The notes beneath the pieces are model-generated. The model saw nothing but the letters and a program-made list of their open reading frames with translations, searched no databases and was not told where the DNA came from. This document shows, piece after piece, positions 34,901 through 49,900 of a DNA stretch of 64,000 bases. Each line of letters starts with the position of its first letter. The stretch's first letter is position 1. The position numbers and the translations under genes are program-made. Source of the DNA: Eimeria praecox. Lineage: Eukaryota. The DNA lies in the NCBI GenBank assembly GCA_963920595.1, contig OY986946.1, forward strand, positions 9,548,001-9,612,000. The letters are read 5' to 3'.

Positions 34901-37900
34901 GTGGATGGATTGTGGGCTGGAGGGCGAGCGTTGTTGGTTGCGGGAAGGCAGCTTGGGTGGGTTGGTTAGTGGCAGTTCTGGAGGCAGCGCATTTATTGTT
35001 GTGTGGGTGGGGACGTATTGGGGGCTCGTTTTGTTGCATGGGTTTGTGAATGGTGCGTTGTGCGTGTGATGGCACAGGCAGCATGCCGGGAGCTTTATTG
35101 TGGCATTGTTGGCAGTGGATGGGATGTGTTTGGAATGTTGTATGTTATGATGAGGGTGGAGGTTGCATGCATGGGTGTATAGGCGAGCGGCATTTCGGTG
35201 GGGCGTTAGTGGTCTTATGCATCAGACGGTTTGTGACAGCAGGCGACGTTTGTCTGTAAATGTTTGAGGTATGTGCTCAGCCAAAGGAAGTGCGTTCATC
35301 CGCAAGGGAGGCGTGATGAGATTGGATTGGATGGGTGTACCAGAGCTTTAGTTGGATGATGCGTTAGTGGGTTTGGGCAGCGGATGGTTTGTCCCAGCAG
35401 GCGACGTTTGCTTGCGTACGTTTGAGGTATTCGATCGGGTACAGCCAGTGTGTTTGGCTGCCTGCAAGGAATACGAAATTGTTTGGTGCAGTGTGTGTTT
35501 CGTTGCTGTTTTGTTTTTTTGTCGATGGGATGGGTGTTGTTGGTGTGTGGCTTCTGGCAGTTTTTTGGGTGCATGGGCTGCATGGTATGTATTGTACTAA
35601 TGCGTCGATGGTGCATCGCGTGTCGTAGCTTGTGCCGTGAGCTTGGCATTTGTAGATTCTTTATTGGCATAGATGGTTGGAGCTCCGCTCATTGATCGGT
35701 GGTGGGTGTGTGGAGGTGTAGGGTGGTCATTTTGGTGCATGGGTTTGTGGATGGCACGTTGTGCGTTTGACGTTACAGGAAGTATGTTGGCGGCCTTTGT
35801 GCGGTTTTGTTGGCCATTGGGGTGGTGGCGTTGGATTGTTAGTGCCGGATTGTATTGCATTCGCCATTCCGTGAAGCAACGGTTAGCATTATGTGTGGAT
35901 GGATTGTGGGCTGGAGGGCGAGCGTTGTTGGTTGCGGGAGGGTAGCTTGGGTGAGTTGGTTAGTGGCAGTTGTGGAGGCAGCGCATTTATTGGTTGTGTG
36001 GGTGGGGACGTATTGGGGGCTCGTTTTGTTGCATGGGTTTGTGAATGGTGCGTTGTGCGTGTGATGGCACAGGCAGCATGCCGGGAGCTTTATTGTGGCA
36101 TTGTTGGCAGTGGATGGGATGTGTTTGGAATGTTGTATGTTATGATGAGGGTGGAGGTTGCATGCATGGGTGTATAGGCGAGCGGCATTTCGGTGGGGCG
36201 TTAGTGGTCTTATGCATCAGACGGTTTGTGACAGCAGGCGACGTTTGTCTGTAAATGTTTGAGGTATGTGCTCAGCCAAAGGAAGTGCGTTCATCCGCAA
36301 GGGAGGCGTGATGAGATTGGATTGGATGGGTGTACCAGAGCTTTAGTTGGATGATGCGTTAGTGGGTTTGGGCAGCGGATGGTTTGTCCCAGCAGGCGAC
36401 GTTTGCTTGCGTACGTTTGAGGTATTCGATCGGGTACAGCCAGTGTGTTTGGCTGCCTGCAAGGAATACGAAATTGTTTGGTGCAGTGTGTGTTTCGTTG
36501 CTGTTTTGTTTTTTTGTCGATGGGATGGGTGTTGTTGGTGTGTGGCTTCTGGCAGTTTTTTGGGTGCATGGGCTGCATGGTATGTATTGTACTAATGCGT
36601 CGATGGTGCATCGCGTGTCGTAGCTTGTGCCGTGAGCTTGGCATTTGTAGATTCTTTATTGGCATAGATGGTTGGAGCTCCGCTCATTGATCGGTGGTGG
36701 GTGTGTGGAGGTGTAGGGTGGTCATTTTGGTGCATGGGTTTGTGGATGGCACGTTGTGCGTTTGACGTTACAGGAAGTATGTTGGCAGCCTTTGTGCGGT
36801 TTTGTTGGCCATTGGGGTGGTGGCGTTGGATTGTTAGTGCCGGATTGTATTGCATTCGCCATTCCGTGAAGCAACGGTTAGCATTATGTGTGGATGGATT
36901 GTGGGCTGGAGGGCGAGCGTTGTTGGTTGCGGGAGGGTAGCTTGGGTGAGTTGGTTAGTGGCAGTTGTGGAGGCAGCGCATTTATTGGTTGTGTGGGTGG
37001 GGACGTATTGGGGGCTCGTTTTGTTGCATGGGTTTGTGAATGGTGCGTTGTGCGTGTGATGGCACAGGCAGCATGCCGGGAGCTTTATTGTGGCATTGTT
37101 GGCAGTGGATGGGATGTGTTTGGAATGTTGTATGTTATGATGAGGGTGGAGGTTGCATGCATGGGTGTATAGGCGAGCGGCATTTCGGTGGGGCGTTAGT
37201 GGTCTTATGCATCAGACGGTTTGTGACAGCAGGCGACGTTTGTCTGTAAATGTTTGGGGTATGTGCTCAGCCAAAGGAAGTGCGTTCATCCGCAAGGGAG
37301 GCGTGATGAGATTGGATTGGATGGGTGTACCAGAGCTTTAGTTGGATGATGCGTTAGTGGGTTTGGGCAGCGGATGGTTTGTCCCAGCAGGCGACGTTTG
37401 CTTGCGTACGTTTGAGGTATTCGATCGGGTACAGCCAGTGTGTTTGGCTGCCTGCAAGGAATACGAAATTGTTTGGTGCAGTGTGTGTTTCGTTGCTGTT
37501 TTGTTTTTTTGTCGATGGGATGGGTGTTGTTGGTGTGTGGCTTCTGGCAGTTTTTTGGGTGCATGGGCTGCATGATATGTATTGTACTAATGCGTCGATG
37601 GTGCATCGCGTGTCGTAGCGTGTGCCGTGAGCTTGGCATTTGTAGATTCTGTATTGGCATAGATGGTTGGAGCTCCGCTCATTGATCGGTGGTGGGTGTG
37701 TGGAGGTGTAGGGTGGTCATTTTGGTGCATGGGTTTGTGGATGGCACGTTGTGCGTTTGACGTTACAGGAAGTATGTTGGCAGCCTTTGTGCGGTTTTGT
37801 TGGCCATTGGGGTGGTGGCTTTGGATGGTTAGTGCCGGATTGTATTGCATTCGCCATTCCGTGAAGCAACGGTTAGCATTATGTGTGGATGGATTGTGGG

Positions 37901-40900
37901 CTGGAGGGCGAGCGTTGTTGGTTGCGGGAGGGTAGCTTGGCTGGGTTGGTTAGTGGCAGTTGTGGAGGCAGCGCATTTATTGGTTGTGTGGGTGGGGACG
38001 TATTGGGGGCTCGTTTTGTTGCATGGGTTTGTGAGTGGTGCGTTGTGCGTGTGATGGCACAGGCAGCATGCCGGGAGCTTTATTGTGGCATTGTTGGCAG
38101 TGGATGGGATGTGTTTGGAATGTTGTATGCTATGATGACGGTGGAGGTTGCATGCATGGGTGTATAGGCGAGCGGCATTTCGGTGGGGCGTTAGTGGTCT
38201 TATGCATCAGGCGGTTTGTGACAGCAGGCGACGTTTGTCTGTAAATGTTTGGGATATGTGCTCAGCCAAAGGAAGTGCGTTCATCTGCAAGGGAGGCGTG
38301 ATGAGATTGGATTGGATGGGTGTACCAGAGCTTTAGTTGGATGATGCGTTAGTGGGTTTGGGCAGCGGATGGTTTGTTCCAGCAGGCGACGTTTGCTTGC
38401 GTACGTTTGAGGTATTCGATCGGGTACAGCCAGTGTGTTTGGCTGCATGCAAGGAATACGAAATTGTTTGGTGCAGTGTGTGTTTCGTTGCTGTTTTGTT
38501 TTTTTGTCGATGGGATGGGTGTTGTTGGTGTGTGGCTTCTGGCAGTTTTTTGGGTGCATGGGCTGCATGATATGTATTGTACTAATGCGTCGATGGTGCA
38601 TCGCGTGTCGTAGCGTGTGCCGTGAGCTTGGCATTTGTAGATTCTTTATTGGCATAGATGGTTGGAGCTCAGCTCATTGATCGGTGGTGGGTGTGTGGAG
38701 GTGTAGGGTGGTCATTTTGGTGCATGGGTTTGTGGATGGCACGTTGTGCGTTTGACGTTACAGGAAGTATGTTGGCGGCCTTTGTGCGGTTTTGTTGGCC
38801 ATTGGGGTGGTGGCTTTGGATGGTTAGTGCCGGATTGTATTGCATTCGCCATTCCGTGAAGCAACGGTTAGCATTATGTGTGGATGGATTGTGGGCTGGA
38901 GGGCGAGCGTTGTTGGTTGCGGGAGGGTAGCTTGGGTGGGTTGGTTAGTGGCAGTTGTGGAGGCAGCGCATTTATTGGTTGTGTGGGTGGGGACGTATTG
39001 GGGGCTCGTTTTGTTGCATGGGTTTGTGAATGGTGCGTTGTGCGTGTGATGGCACAGGCAGCATGCCGGGAGCTTTATTGTGGCATTGTTGGCAGTGGAT
39101 GGGATGTGTTTGGAATGTTGTATGTTATGATGAGGGTGGAGGTTGCATGCATGGGTGTATAGGCGAGCGGCATTTCGGTGGGGCGTTAGTGGTCTTATGC
39201 ATCAGGCGGTTTGTGACAGCAGGCGACGTTTGTCTGTAAATGTTTGGGGTATGTGCTCAGCCAAAGGAAGTACGTTCATCTGCAAGGGAGGCGTGATGAG
39301 ATTGGATTGGATGGGTGTACCAGAGCTTTAGTTGGATGATGCGTTAGTGGGTTTGGGCAGCGGATGGTTTGTCCCAGCAGGCGACGTTTGCTTGCGTACG
39401 TTTGAGGTATTCGATCGGGTACAGCCAGTGTGTTTGGCTGCCTGCAAGGAATACGAAATTGTTTGGTGCAGTGTGTGTTTCGTCGCTGTTTTGTTTCTTT
39501 GTCGATGGGATGGGTGTTGTTGGTGTGTGGCTTCTGGCTGTTTTTTGGGTGCATGGGCTGCATGATATGTATTGTACTAATGCGTCGATGGTGCATCGCG
39601 TGTCGGAGCGTGTGCCGTGAGCTTGGCATTTGTGGATTCTTTATTGGCATAGATGGTTGGAGCTCAGCTCATTGATCGGTGGTGGGTGTGTGGAGGTGTA
39701 GGGTGGTCATTTTGTTGCATGGGTTTGTGGATGGCACGTTGTGCGTTTGACGTTACAGGAAGTATGTTGGCGGCCTTTGTGCGGTTTTGTTGGCCATTGG
39801 GGTGGTGGCTTTGGATGGTTAGTGCCGGATTGTATTGCATTCGCCAGTCCATGAAGCAATGGTTAGCATTATGTGTGGATGGATTGTGGGCTGGAGGGCG
39901 AGCGTTGTTGGTTGCGGGAGGGTAGCTTGGGTGGGTTGGTTAGTGGCAGTTGTGGAGGCAGCGCATTTATTGGTTGTGTGGGTGGGGACGTATTGGGGGC
40001 TCGTTTTGTTGCATGGGTTTGTGAATGGTGCGTTGTGCGTGTGATGGCACAGGCAGCATGCCGGGAGCTTTATTGTGGCATTGTTGGCAGTGGATGGGAT
40101 GTGTTTGGAATGTTGTATGCTATGATGACGGTGGAGGTTGCATGCATGGGTGTATAGGCGAGCGGCATTTCGGTGGGGCGTTAGTGGTCTTATGCATCAG
40201 ACGGTTTGTGACAGCAGGCGACGTTTGTCTGTAAATGTTTGGGGTATGTGCTCAGCCAAAGGAAGTGCGTTCATCTGCAAGGGAGGCGTGATGAGATTGG
40301 ATTGGATGGGTGTACCAGAGCTTTAGTTGGATGATGCATTAGTGGGTTTGGGCAGCGGATGGTTTGTCCCAGCAGGCGACGTTTGCTTGCGTACGTTTGA
40401 AGTATTCGATCGGGTACAGCCAGTGTGTTTGGCTGCCTGCAAGGAATACGAAATTGTTAGGTGCAGTGTGTGTTTCGTTGCTGTTTTGTTTTTTTGTCGA
40501 TGGGATGGGTGTTGTTGGTGTGTGGCTTCTGGCAGTTTTTTGGGTGCATGGGCTGCATGATATGTATTGTACTAATGCGTCGATGGTGCATCGCGTGTCG
40601 GAGCGTGTGCCGTGAGCTTGGCATTTGTGGATTCTTTATTGGCATAGATGGTTGGAGCTCAGCTCATTGATCGGTGGTGGGTGTGTGGAGGTGTAGGGTG
40701 GTCATTTTGGTGCATGGGTTTGTGGATGGCACGTTGTGCGTTTGACGTTACAGGAAGTATGTTGGCGGCCTTTGTGCGGTTTTGTTGGCCATTGGGGTGG
40801 TGGCTTTGGATGGTTAGTGCCGGATTGTATTGCATTCGCCAGTCCATGAAGCAATGGTTAGCATTATGTGTGGATGGATTGTGGGCTGGAGGGCGAGCGT

Positions 40901-43900
40901 TGTTGGTTGCGGGAGGGTAGCTTGGGTGGGTTGGTTAGTGGCAGTTGTGGAGGCAGCGCATTTATTGGTTGTGTGGGTGGGGACGTATTGGGGGCTCGTT
41001 TTGTTGCATGGGTTTGTGAATGGTGCGTTGTGCGTGTGATGGCACAGGCAGCATGCCGGGAGCTTTATTGTGGCATTGTTGGCAGTGGATGGGATGTGTT
41101 TGGAATGTTGTATGCTATGATGACGGTGGAGGTTGCATGCATGGGTGTATAGGCGAGCGGCATTTCGGTGGGGCGTTAGTGGTCTTATGCATCAGACGGT
41201 TTGTGACAGCAGGCGACGTTTGTCTGTAAATGTTTGGGGTATGTGCTCAGCCAAAGGAAGTGCGTTCATCTGCAAGGGAGGCGTGATGAGATTGGATTGG
41301 ATGGGTGTACCAGAGCTTTAGTTGGATGATGCGTTAGTGGGTTTGGGCAGCGGATGGTTTGTTCCAGCAGGCGACGTTTGCTTGCGTACGTTTGAGGTAT
41401 TCGATCGGGTACAGCCAGTGTGTTTGGCTGCATGCAAGGAATACGAAATTGTTTGGTGCAGTGTGTGTTTCGTTGCTGTTTTGTTTTTTTGTCGATGGGA
41501 TGGGTGTTGTTGGTGTGTGGCTTCTGGCAGTTTTTTGGGTGCATGGGCTGCATGATATGTATTGTACTAATGCGTCGATGGTGCATCGCGTGTCGTAGCG
41601 TGTGCCGTGAGCTTGGCATTTGTAGATTCTTTATTGGCATAGATGGTTGGAGCTCAGCTCATTGATCGGTGGTGGGTGTGTGGAGGTGTAGGGTGGTCAT
41701 TTTGGTGCATGGGTTTGTGGATGGCACGTTGTGCGTTTGACGTTACAGGAAGTATGTTGGCGGCCTTTGTGCGGTTTTGTTGGCCATTGGGGTGGTGGCT
41801 TTGGATGGTTAGTGCCGGATTGTATTGCATTCGCCATTCCGTGAAGCAACGGTTAGCATTATGTGTGGATGGATTGTGGGCTGGAGGGCGAGCGTTGTTG
41901 GTTGCGGGAGGGTAGCTTGGGTGGGTTGGTTAGTGGCAGTTGTGGAGGCAGCGCATTTATTGGTTGTGTGGGTGGGGACGTATTGGGGGCTCGTTTTGTT
42001 GCATGGGTTTGTGAATGGTGCGTTGTGCGTGTGATGGCACAGGCAGCATGCCGGGAGCTTTATTGTGGCATTGTTGGCAGTGGATGGGATGTGTTTGGAA
42101 TGTTGTATGTTATGATGAGGGTGGAGGTTGCATGCATGGGTGTATAGGCGAGCGGCATTTCGGTGGGGCGTTAGTGGTCTTATGCATCAGGCGGTTTGTG
42201 ACAGCAGGCGACGTTTGTCTGTAAATGTTTGGGGTATGTGCTCAGCCAAAGGAAGTACGTTCATCTGCAAGGGAGGCGTGATGAGATTGGATTGGATGGG
42301 TGTACCAGAGCTTTAGTTGGATGATGCGTTAGTGGGTTTGGGCAGCGGATGGTTTGTCCCAGCAGGCGACGTTTGCTTGCGTACGTTTGAGGTATTCGAT
42401 CGGGTACAGCCAGTGTGTTTGGCTGCCTGCAAGGAATACGAAATTGTTTGGTGCAGTGTGTGTTTCGTCGCTGTTTTGTTTCTTTGTCGATGGGATGGGT
42501 GTTGTTGGTGTGTGGCTTCTGGCTGTTTTTTGGGTGCATGGGCTGCATGATATGTATTGTACTAATGCGTCGATGGTGCATCGCGTGTCGGAGCGTGTGC
42601 CGTGAGCTTGGCATTTGTGGATTCTTTATTGGCATAGATGGTTGGAGCTCAGCTCATTGATCGGTGGTGGGTGTGTGGAGGTGTAGGGTGGTCATTTTGT
42701 TGCATGGGTTTGTGGATGGCACGTTGTGCGTTTGACGTTACAGGAAGTATGTTGGCGGCCTTTGTGCGGTTTTGTTGGCCATTGGGGTGGTGGCTTTGGA
42801 TGGTTAGTGCCGGATTGTATTGCATTCGCCAGTCCATGAAGCAATGGTTAGCATTATGTGTGGATGGATTGTGGGCTGGAGGGCGAGCGTTGTTGGTTGC
42901 GGGAGGGTAGCTTGGGTGGGTTGGTTAGTGGCAGTTGTGGAGGCAGCGCATTTATTGGTTGTGTGGGTGGGGACGTATTGGGGGCTCGTTTTGTTGCATG
43001 GGTTTGTGAATGGTGCGTTGTGCGTGTGATGGCACAGGCAGCATGCCGGGAGCTTTATTGTGGCATTGTTGGCAGTGGATGGGATGTGTTTGGAATGTTG
43101 TATGCTATGATGACGGTGGAGGTTGCATGCATGGGTGTATAGGCGAGCGGCATTTCGGTGGGGCGTTAGTGGTCTTATGCATCAGACGGTTTGTGACAGC
43201 AGGCGACGTTTGTCTGTAAATGTTTGGGGTATGTGCTCAGCCAAAGGAAGTGCGTTCATCTGCAAGGGAGGCGTGATGAGATTGGATTGGATGGGTGTAC
43301 CAGAGCTTTAGTTGGATGATGCATTAGTGGGTTTGGGCAGCGGATGGTTTGTCCCAGCAGGCGACGTTTGCTTGCGTACGTTTGAAGTATTCGATCGGGT
43401 ACAGCCAGTGTGTTTGGCTGCCTGCAAGGAATACGAAATTGTTAGGTGCAGTGTGTGTTTCGTTGCTGTTTTGTTTTTTTGTCGATGGGATGGGTGTTGT
43501 TGGTGTGTGGCTTCTGGCAGTTTTTTGGGTGCATGGGCTGCATGATATGTATTGTACTAATGCGTCGATGGTGCATCGCGTGTCGGAGCGTGTGCCGTGA
43601 GCTTGGCATTTGTGGATTCTTTATTGGCATAGATGGTTGGAGCTCAGCTCATTGATCGGTGGTGGGTGTGTGGAGGTGTAGGGTGGTCATTTTGGTGCAT
43701 GGGTTTGTGGATGGCACGTTGTGCGTTTGACGTTACAGGAAGTATGTTGGCGGCCTTTGTGCGGTTTTGTTGGCCATTGGGGTGGTGGCTTTGGATGGTT
43801 AGTGCCGGATTGTATTGCATTCGCCAGTCCATGAAGCAATGGTTAGCATTATGTGTGGATGGATTGTGGGCTGGAGGGCGAGCGTTGTTGGTTGCGGGAG

Positions 43901-46900
43901 GGTAGCTTGGGTGGGTTGGTTAGTGGCAGTTGTGGAGGCAGCGCATTTATTGGTTGTGTGGGTGGGGACGTATTGGGGGCTCGTTTTGTTGCATGGGTTT
44001 GTGAATGGTGCGTTGTGCGTGTGATGGCACAGGCAGCATGCCGGGAGCTTTATTGTGGCATTGTTGGCAGTGGATGGGATGTGTTTGGAATGTTGTATGC
44101 TATGATGACGGTGGAGGTTGCATGCATGGGTGTATAGGCGAGCGGCATTTCGGTGGGGCGTTAGTGGTCTTATGCATCAGACGGTTTGTGACAGCAGGCG
44201 ACGTTTGTCTGTAAATGTTTGGGGTATGTGCTCAGCCAAAGGAAGTGCGTTCATCTGCAAGGGAGGCGTGATGAGATTGGATTGGATGGGTGTACCAGAG
44301 CTTTAGTTGGATGATGCATTAGTGGGTTTGGGCAGCGGATGGTTTGTCCCAGCAGGCGACGTTTGCTTGCGTACGTTTGAAGTATTCGATCGGGTACAGC
44401 CAGTGTGTTTGGCTGCCCGCAAGGAATACGAAATTGTTAGGTGCAGTGTGTGTTTCGTTGCTGTTTTGTTTTTTTGTCGATGGGATGGGTGTTGTTGGTG
44501 TGTGGCTTCTGGCAGTTTTTTGGGTGCATGGGCTGCATGATATGTATTGTACTAATGCGCCGATGGTGCATCGCGTGTCGTAGCGTGTGCCGTGAGCTTG
44601 GCATTTGTAGATTCTTTATTGGCATAGATGGTTGGAGCTCAGCTCATTGATCGGTGGTGGGTGTGTGGAGGTGTAGGGTGGTCATTTTGGTGCATGGGTT
44701 TGTGGATGGCACGTTGTGCGTTTGACGTTACAGGAAGTATGTTGGCGGCCTTTGTGCGGTTTTGTTGGCTATTGGGGTGGTGGCTTTGGATGGTTAGTGC
44801 CGGATTGTATTGCATTCGCCAGTCCATGAAGCAATGGTTAGCATTATGTGTGGATGGATTGTGGGCTGGAGGGCGAACGTTGTTGGTTGCGGGAGGGTAG
44901 CTTGGGTGGGTTGGTTAGTGGCAGTTGTGGAGGCAGCGCATTTATTGGTTGTGTGGGTGGGGACGTATTGGGGGCTCGTTTTGTTGCATGGGTTTGTGAA
45001 TGGTGCGTTGTGCGTGTGATGGCACAGGCAGCATGCCGGGAGCTTTATTGTGGCATTGTTGGCAGTGGATGGGATGTGTTTGGAATGTTGTATGCTATGA
45101 TGAGGGTGGAGGTTGCATGCATGGGTGTATAGGCGAGCGGCATTTCGGTGGGGCGTTAGTGGTCTTATGCATCAGACGGTTTGTGACAGCAGGCGACGTT
45201 TGTCTGTAAATGTTTGGGGTATGTGCTCAGCCAAAGGAAGTGCGTTCATCTGCAAGGGAGGCGTGATGAGATTGGATTGGATGGGTGTACCAGAGCTTTA
45301 GTTGGATGATGCGTTAGTGGGTTTGGGCAGCGGATGGTTTGTTCCAGCAGGCGACGTTTGCTTGCGTACGTTTGAGGTATTCGATCGGGTACAGCCAGTG
45401 TGTTTGGCTGCATGCAAGGAATACGAAATTGTTAGGTGCAGTGTGTGTTTCGTTGCTGTTTTGTTTTTTTGTCGATGGGATGGGTGTTGTTGGTGTGTGG
45501 CTTCTGGCAGTTTTTTGGGTGCATGGGCTGCATGATATGTATTGTACTAATGCGTCGATGGTGCATCGCGTGTCGTAGCGTGTGCCGTGAGCTTGGCATT
45601 TGTAGATTCTGTATTGGCATAGATGGTTGGAGCTCAGCTCATTGATCGGTGGTGGGTGTGTGGAGGTGTAGGGTGGTCATTTTGGTGCATGGGTTTGTGG
45701 ATGGCACGTTGTGCGTTTGACGTTACAGGAAGTATGTTGGCAGCCTTTGTGCGGTTTTGTTGGCCATTGGGGTGGTGGCGTTGGATGGTTAGTGCCGGAT
45801 TGTATTGCATTCGCCAGTCCGTGAAGCAACGGTTAGCATTATGTGTGGATGGATTGTGGGCTGGAGGGCGAGCGTTGTTGGTTGCGGGAGGGTAGCTTGG
45901 GTGGGTTGGTTAGTGGCAGTTGTGGAGGCAGCGCATTTATTGGTTGTGTGGGTGGGGACGTATTGGGGGCTCGTTTTGTTGCATGGGTTTGTGAATGGTG
46001 CGTTGTGCGTGTGATGGCACAGGCAGCATGCCGGGAGCTTTATTGTGGCATTGTTGGCAGTGGATGGGATGTGTTTGGAATGTTGTATGTTATGATGAGG
46101 GTGGAGGTTGCATGCATGGGTGTATAGGCGAGCGGCATTTCGGTGGGGCGTTAGTGGTCTTATGCATCAGACGGTTTGTGACAGCAGGCGACGTTTGTCT
46201 GTAAATGTTTGGGGTATGTGCTCAGCCAAAGGAAGTGCGTTCATCTGCAAGGGAGGCGTGATGAGATTGGATTGGATGGGTGTACCAGAGCTTTAGTTGG
46301 ATGATGCGTTAGTGGGTTTGGGCAGCGGATGGTTTGTTCCAGCAGGCGACGTTTGCTTGCGTACGTTTGAGGTATTCGATCGGGTACAGCCAGTGTGTTT
46401 GGCTGCATGCAAGGAATACGAAATTGTTTGGTGCAGTGTGTGTTTCGTTGCTGTTTTGTTTTTTTGTCGATGGGATGGGTGTTGTTGGTGTGTGGCTTCT
46501 GGCAGTTTTTTGGGTGCATGGGCTGCATGATATGTATTGTACTAATGCGTCGATGGTGCATCGCGTGTCGTAGCGTGTGCCGTGAGCTTGGCATTTGTAG
46601 ATTCTTTATTGGCATAGATGGTTGGAGCTCAGCTCATTGATCGGTGGTGGGTGTGTGGAGGTGTAGGGTGGTCATTTTGGTGCATGGGTTTGTGGATGGC
46701 ACGTTGTGCGTTTGACGTTACAGGAAGTATGTTGGCGGCCTTTGTGCGGTTTTGTTGGCCATTGGGGTGGTGGCTTTGGATGGTTAGTGCCGGATTGTAT
46801 TGCATTCGCCATTCCGTGAAGCAACGGTTAGCATTATGTGTGGATGGATTGTGGGCTGGAGGGCGAGCGTTGTTGGTTGCGGGAGGGTAGCTTGGGTGGG

Positions 46901-49900
46901 TTGGTTAGTGGCAGTTGTGGAGGCAGCGCATTTATTGGTTGTGTGGGTGGGGACGTATTGGGGGCTCGTTTTGTTGCATGGGTTTGTGAATGGTGCGTTG
47001 TGCGTGTGATGGCACAGGCAGCATGCCGGGAGCTTTATTGTGGCATTGTTGGCAGTGGATGGGATGTGTTTGGAATGTTGTATGTTATGATGAGGGTGGA
47101 GGTTGCATGCATGGGTGTATAGGCGAGCGGCATTTCGGTGGGGCGTTAGTGGTCTTATGCATCAGGCGGTTTGTGACAGCAGGCGACGTTTGTCTGTAAA
47201 TGTTTGGGGTATGTGCTCAGCCAAAGGAAGTACGTTCATCTGCAAGGGAGGCGTGATGAGATTGGATTGGATGGGTGTACCAGAGCTTTAGTTGGATGAT
47301 GCGTTAGTGGGTTTGGGCAGCGGATGGTTTGTCCCAGCAGGCGACGTTTGCTTGCGTACGTTTGAGGTATTCGATCGGGTACAGCCAGTGTGTTTGGCTG
47401 CCTGCAAGGAATACGAAATTGTTTGGTGCAGTGTGTGTTTCGTCGCTGTTTTGTTTCTTTGTCGATGGGATGGGTGTTGTTGGTGTGTGGCTTCTGGCTG
47501 TTTTTTGGGTGCATGGGCTGCATGATATGTATTGTACTAATGCGTCGATGGTGCATCGCGTGTCGGAGCGTGTGCCGTGAGCTTGGCATTTGTGGATTCT
47601 TTATTGGCATAGATGGTTGGAGCTCAGCTCATTGATCGGTGGTGGGTGTGTGGAGGTGTAGGGTGGTCATTTTGGTGCATGGGTTTGTGGATGGCACGTT
47701 GTGCGTTTGACGTTACAGGAAGTATGTTGGCGGCCTTTGTGCGGTTTTGTTGGCCATTGGGGTGGTGGCTTTGGATGGTTAGTGCCGGATTGTATTGCAT
47801 TCGCCAGTCCATGAAGCAATGGTTAGCATTATGTGTGGATGGATTGTGGGCTGGAGGGCGAGCGTTGTTGGTTGCGGGAGGGTAGCTTGGGTGGGTTGGT
47901 TAGTGGCAGTTGTGGAGGCAGCGCATTTATTGGTTGTGTGGGTGGGGACGTATTGGGGGCTCGTTTTGTTGCATGGGTTTGTGAATGGTGCGTTGTGCGT
48001 GTGATGGCACAGGCAGCATGCCGGGAGCTTTATTGTGGCATTGTTGGCAGTGGATGGGATGTGTTTGGAATGTTGTATGCTATGATGACGGTGGAGGTTG
48101 CATGCATGGGTGTATAGGCGAGCGGCATTTCGGTGGGGCGTTAGTGGTCTTATGCATCAGACGGTTTGTGACAGCAGGCGACGTTTGTCTGTAAATGTTT
48201 GGGGTATGTGCTCAGCCAAAGGAAGTGCGTTCATCTGCAAGGGAGGCGTGATGAGATTGGATTGGATGGGTGTACCAGAGCTTTAGTTGGATGATGCATT
48301 AGTGGGTTTGGGCAGCGGATGGTTTGTCCCAGCAGGCGACGTTTGCTTGCGTACGTTTGAAGTATTCGATCGGGTACAGCCAGTGTGTTTGGCTGCCTGC
48401 AAGGAATACGAAATTGTTAGGTGCAGTGTGTGTTTCGTTGCTGTTTTGTTTTTTTGTCGATGGGATGGGTGTTGTTGGTGTGTGGCTTCTGGCAGTTTTT
48501 TGGGTGCATGGGCTGCATGATATGTATTGTACTAATGCGTCGATGGTGCATCGCGTGTCGGAGCGTGTGCCGTGAGCTTGGCATTTGTGGATTCTTTATT
48601 GGCATAGATGGTTGGAGCTCAGCTCATTGATCGGTGGTGGGTGTGTGGAGGTGTAGGGTGGTCATTTTGGTGCATGGGTTTGTGGATGGCACGTTGTGCG
48701 TTTGACGTTACAGGAAGTATGTTGGCGGCCTTTGTGCGGTTTTGTTGGCCATTGGGGTGGTGGCTTTGGATGGTTAGTGCCGGATTGTATTGCATTCGCC
48801 ATTCCGTGAAGCAACGGTTAGCATTATGTGTGGATGGATTGTGGGCTGGAGGGCGAGCGTTGTTGGTTGCGGGAGGGTAGCTTGGGTGGGTTGGTTAGTG
48901 GCAGTTGTGGAGGCAGCGCATTTATTGGTTGTGTGGGTGGGGACGTATTGGGGGCTCGTTTTGTTGCATGGGTTTGTGAATGGTGCGTTGTGCGTGTGAT
49001 GGCACAGGCAGCATGCCGGGAGCTTTATTGTGGCATTGTTGGCAGTGGATGGGATGTGTTTGGAATGTTGTATGTTATGATGAGGGTGGAGGTTGCATGC
49101 ATGGGTGTATAGGCGAGCGGCATTTCGGTGGGGCGTTAGTGGTCTTATGCATCAGGCGGTTTGTGACAGCAGGCGACGTTTGTCTGTAAATGTTTGGGGT
49201 ATGTGCTCAGCCAAAGGAAGTACGTTCATCTGCAAGGGAGGCGTGATGAGATTGGATTGGATGGGTGTACCAGAGCTTTAGTTGGATGATGCGTTAGTGG
49301 GTTTGGGCAGCGGATGGTTTGTCCCAGCAGGCGACGTTTGCTTGCGTACGTTTGAGGTATTCGATCGGGTACAGCCAGTGTGTTTGGCTGCCTGCAAGGA
49401 ATACGAAATTGTTTGGTGCAGTGTGTGTTTCGTCGCTGTTTTGTTTCTTTGTCGATGGGATGGGTGTTGTTGGTGTGTGGCTTCTGGCTGTTTTTTGGGT
49501 GCATGGGCTGCATGATATGTATTGTACTAATGCGTCGATGGTGCATCGCGTGTCGGAGCGTGTGCCGTGAGCTTGGCATTTGTGGATTCTTTATTGGCAT
49601 AGATGGTTGGAGCTCAGCTCATTGATCGGTGGTGGGTGTGTGGAGGTGTAGGGTGGTCATTTTGGTGCATGGGTTTGTGGATGGCACGTTGTGCGTTTGA
49701 CGTTACAGGAAGTATGTTGGCGGCCTTTGTGCGGTTTTGTTGGCCATTGGGGTGGTGGCTTTGGATGGTTAGTGCCGGATTGTATTGCATTCGCCAGTCC
49801 ATGAAGCAATGGTTAGCATTATGTGTGGATGGATTGTGGGCTGGAGGGCGAGCGTTGTTGGTTGCGGGAGGGTAGCTTGGGTGGGTTGGTTAGTGGCAGT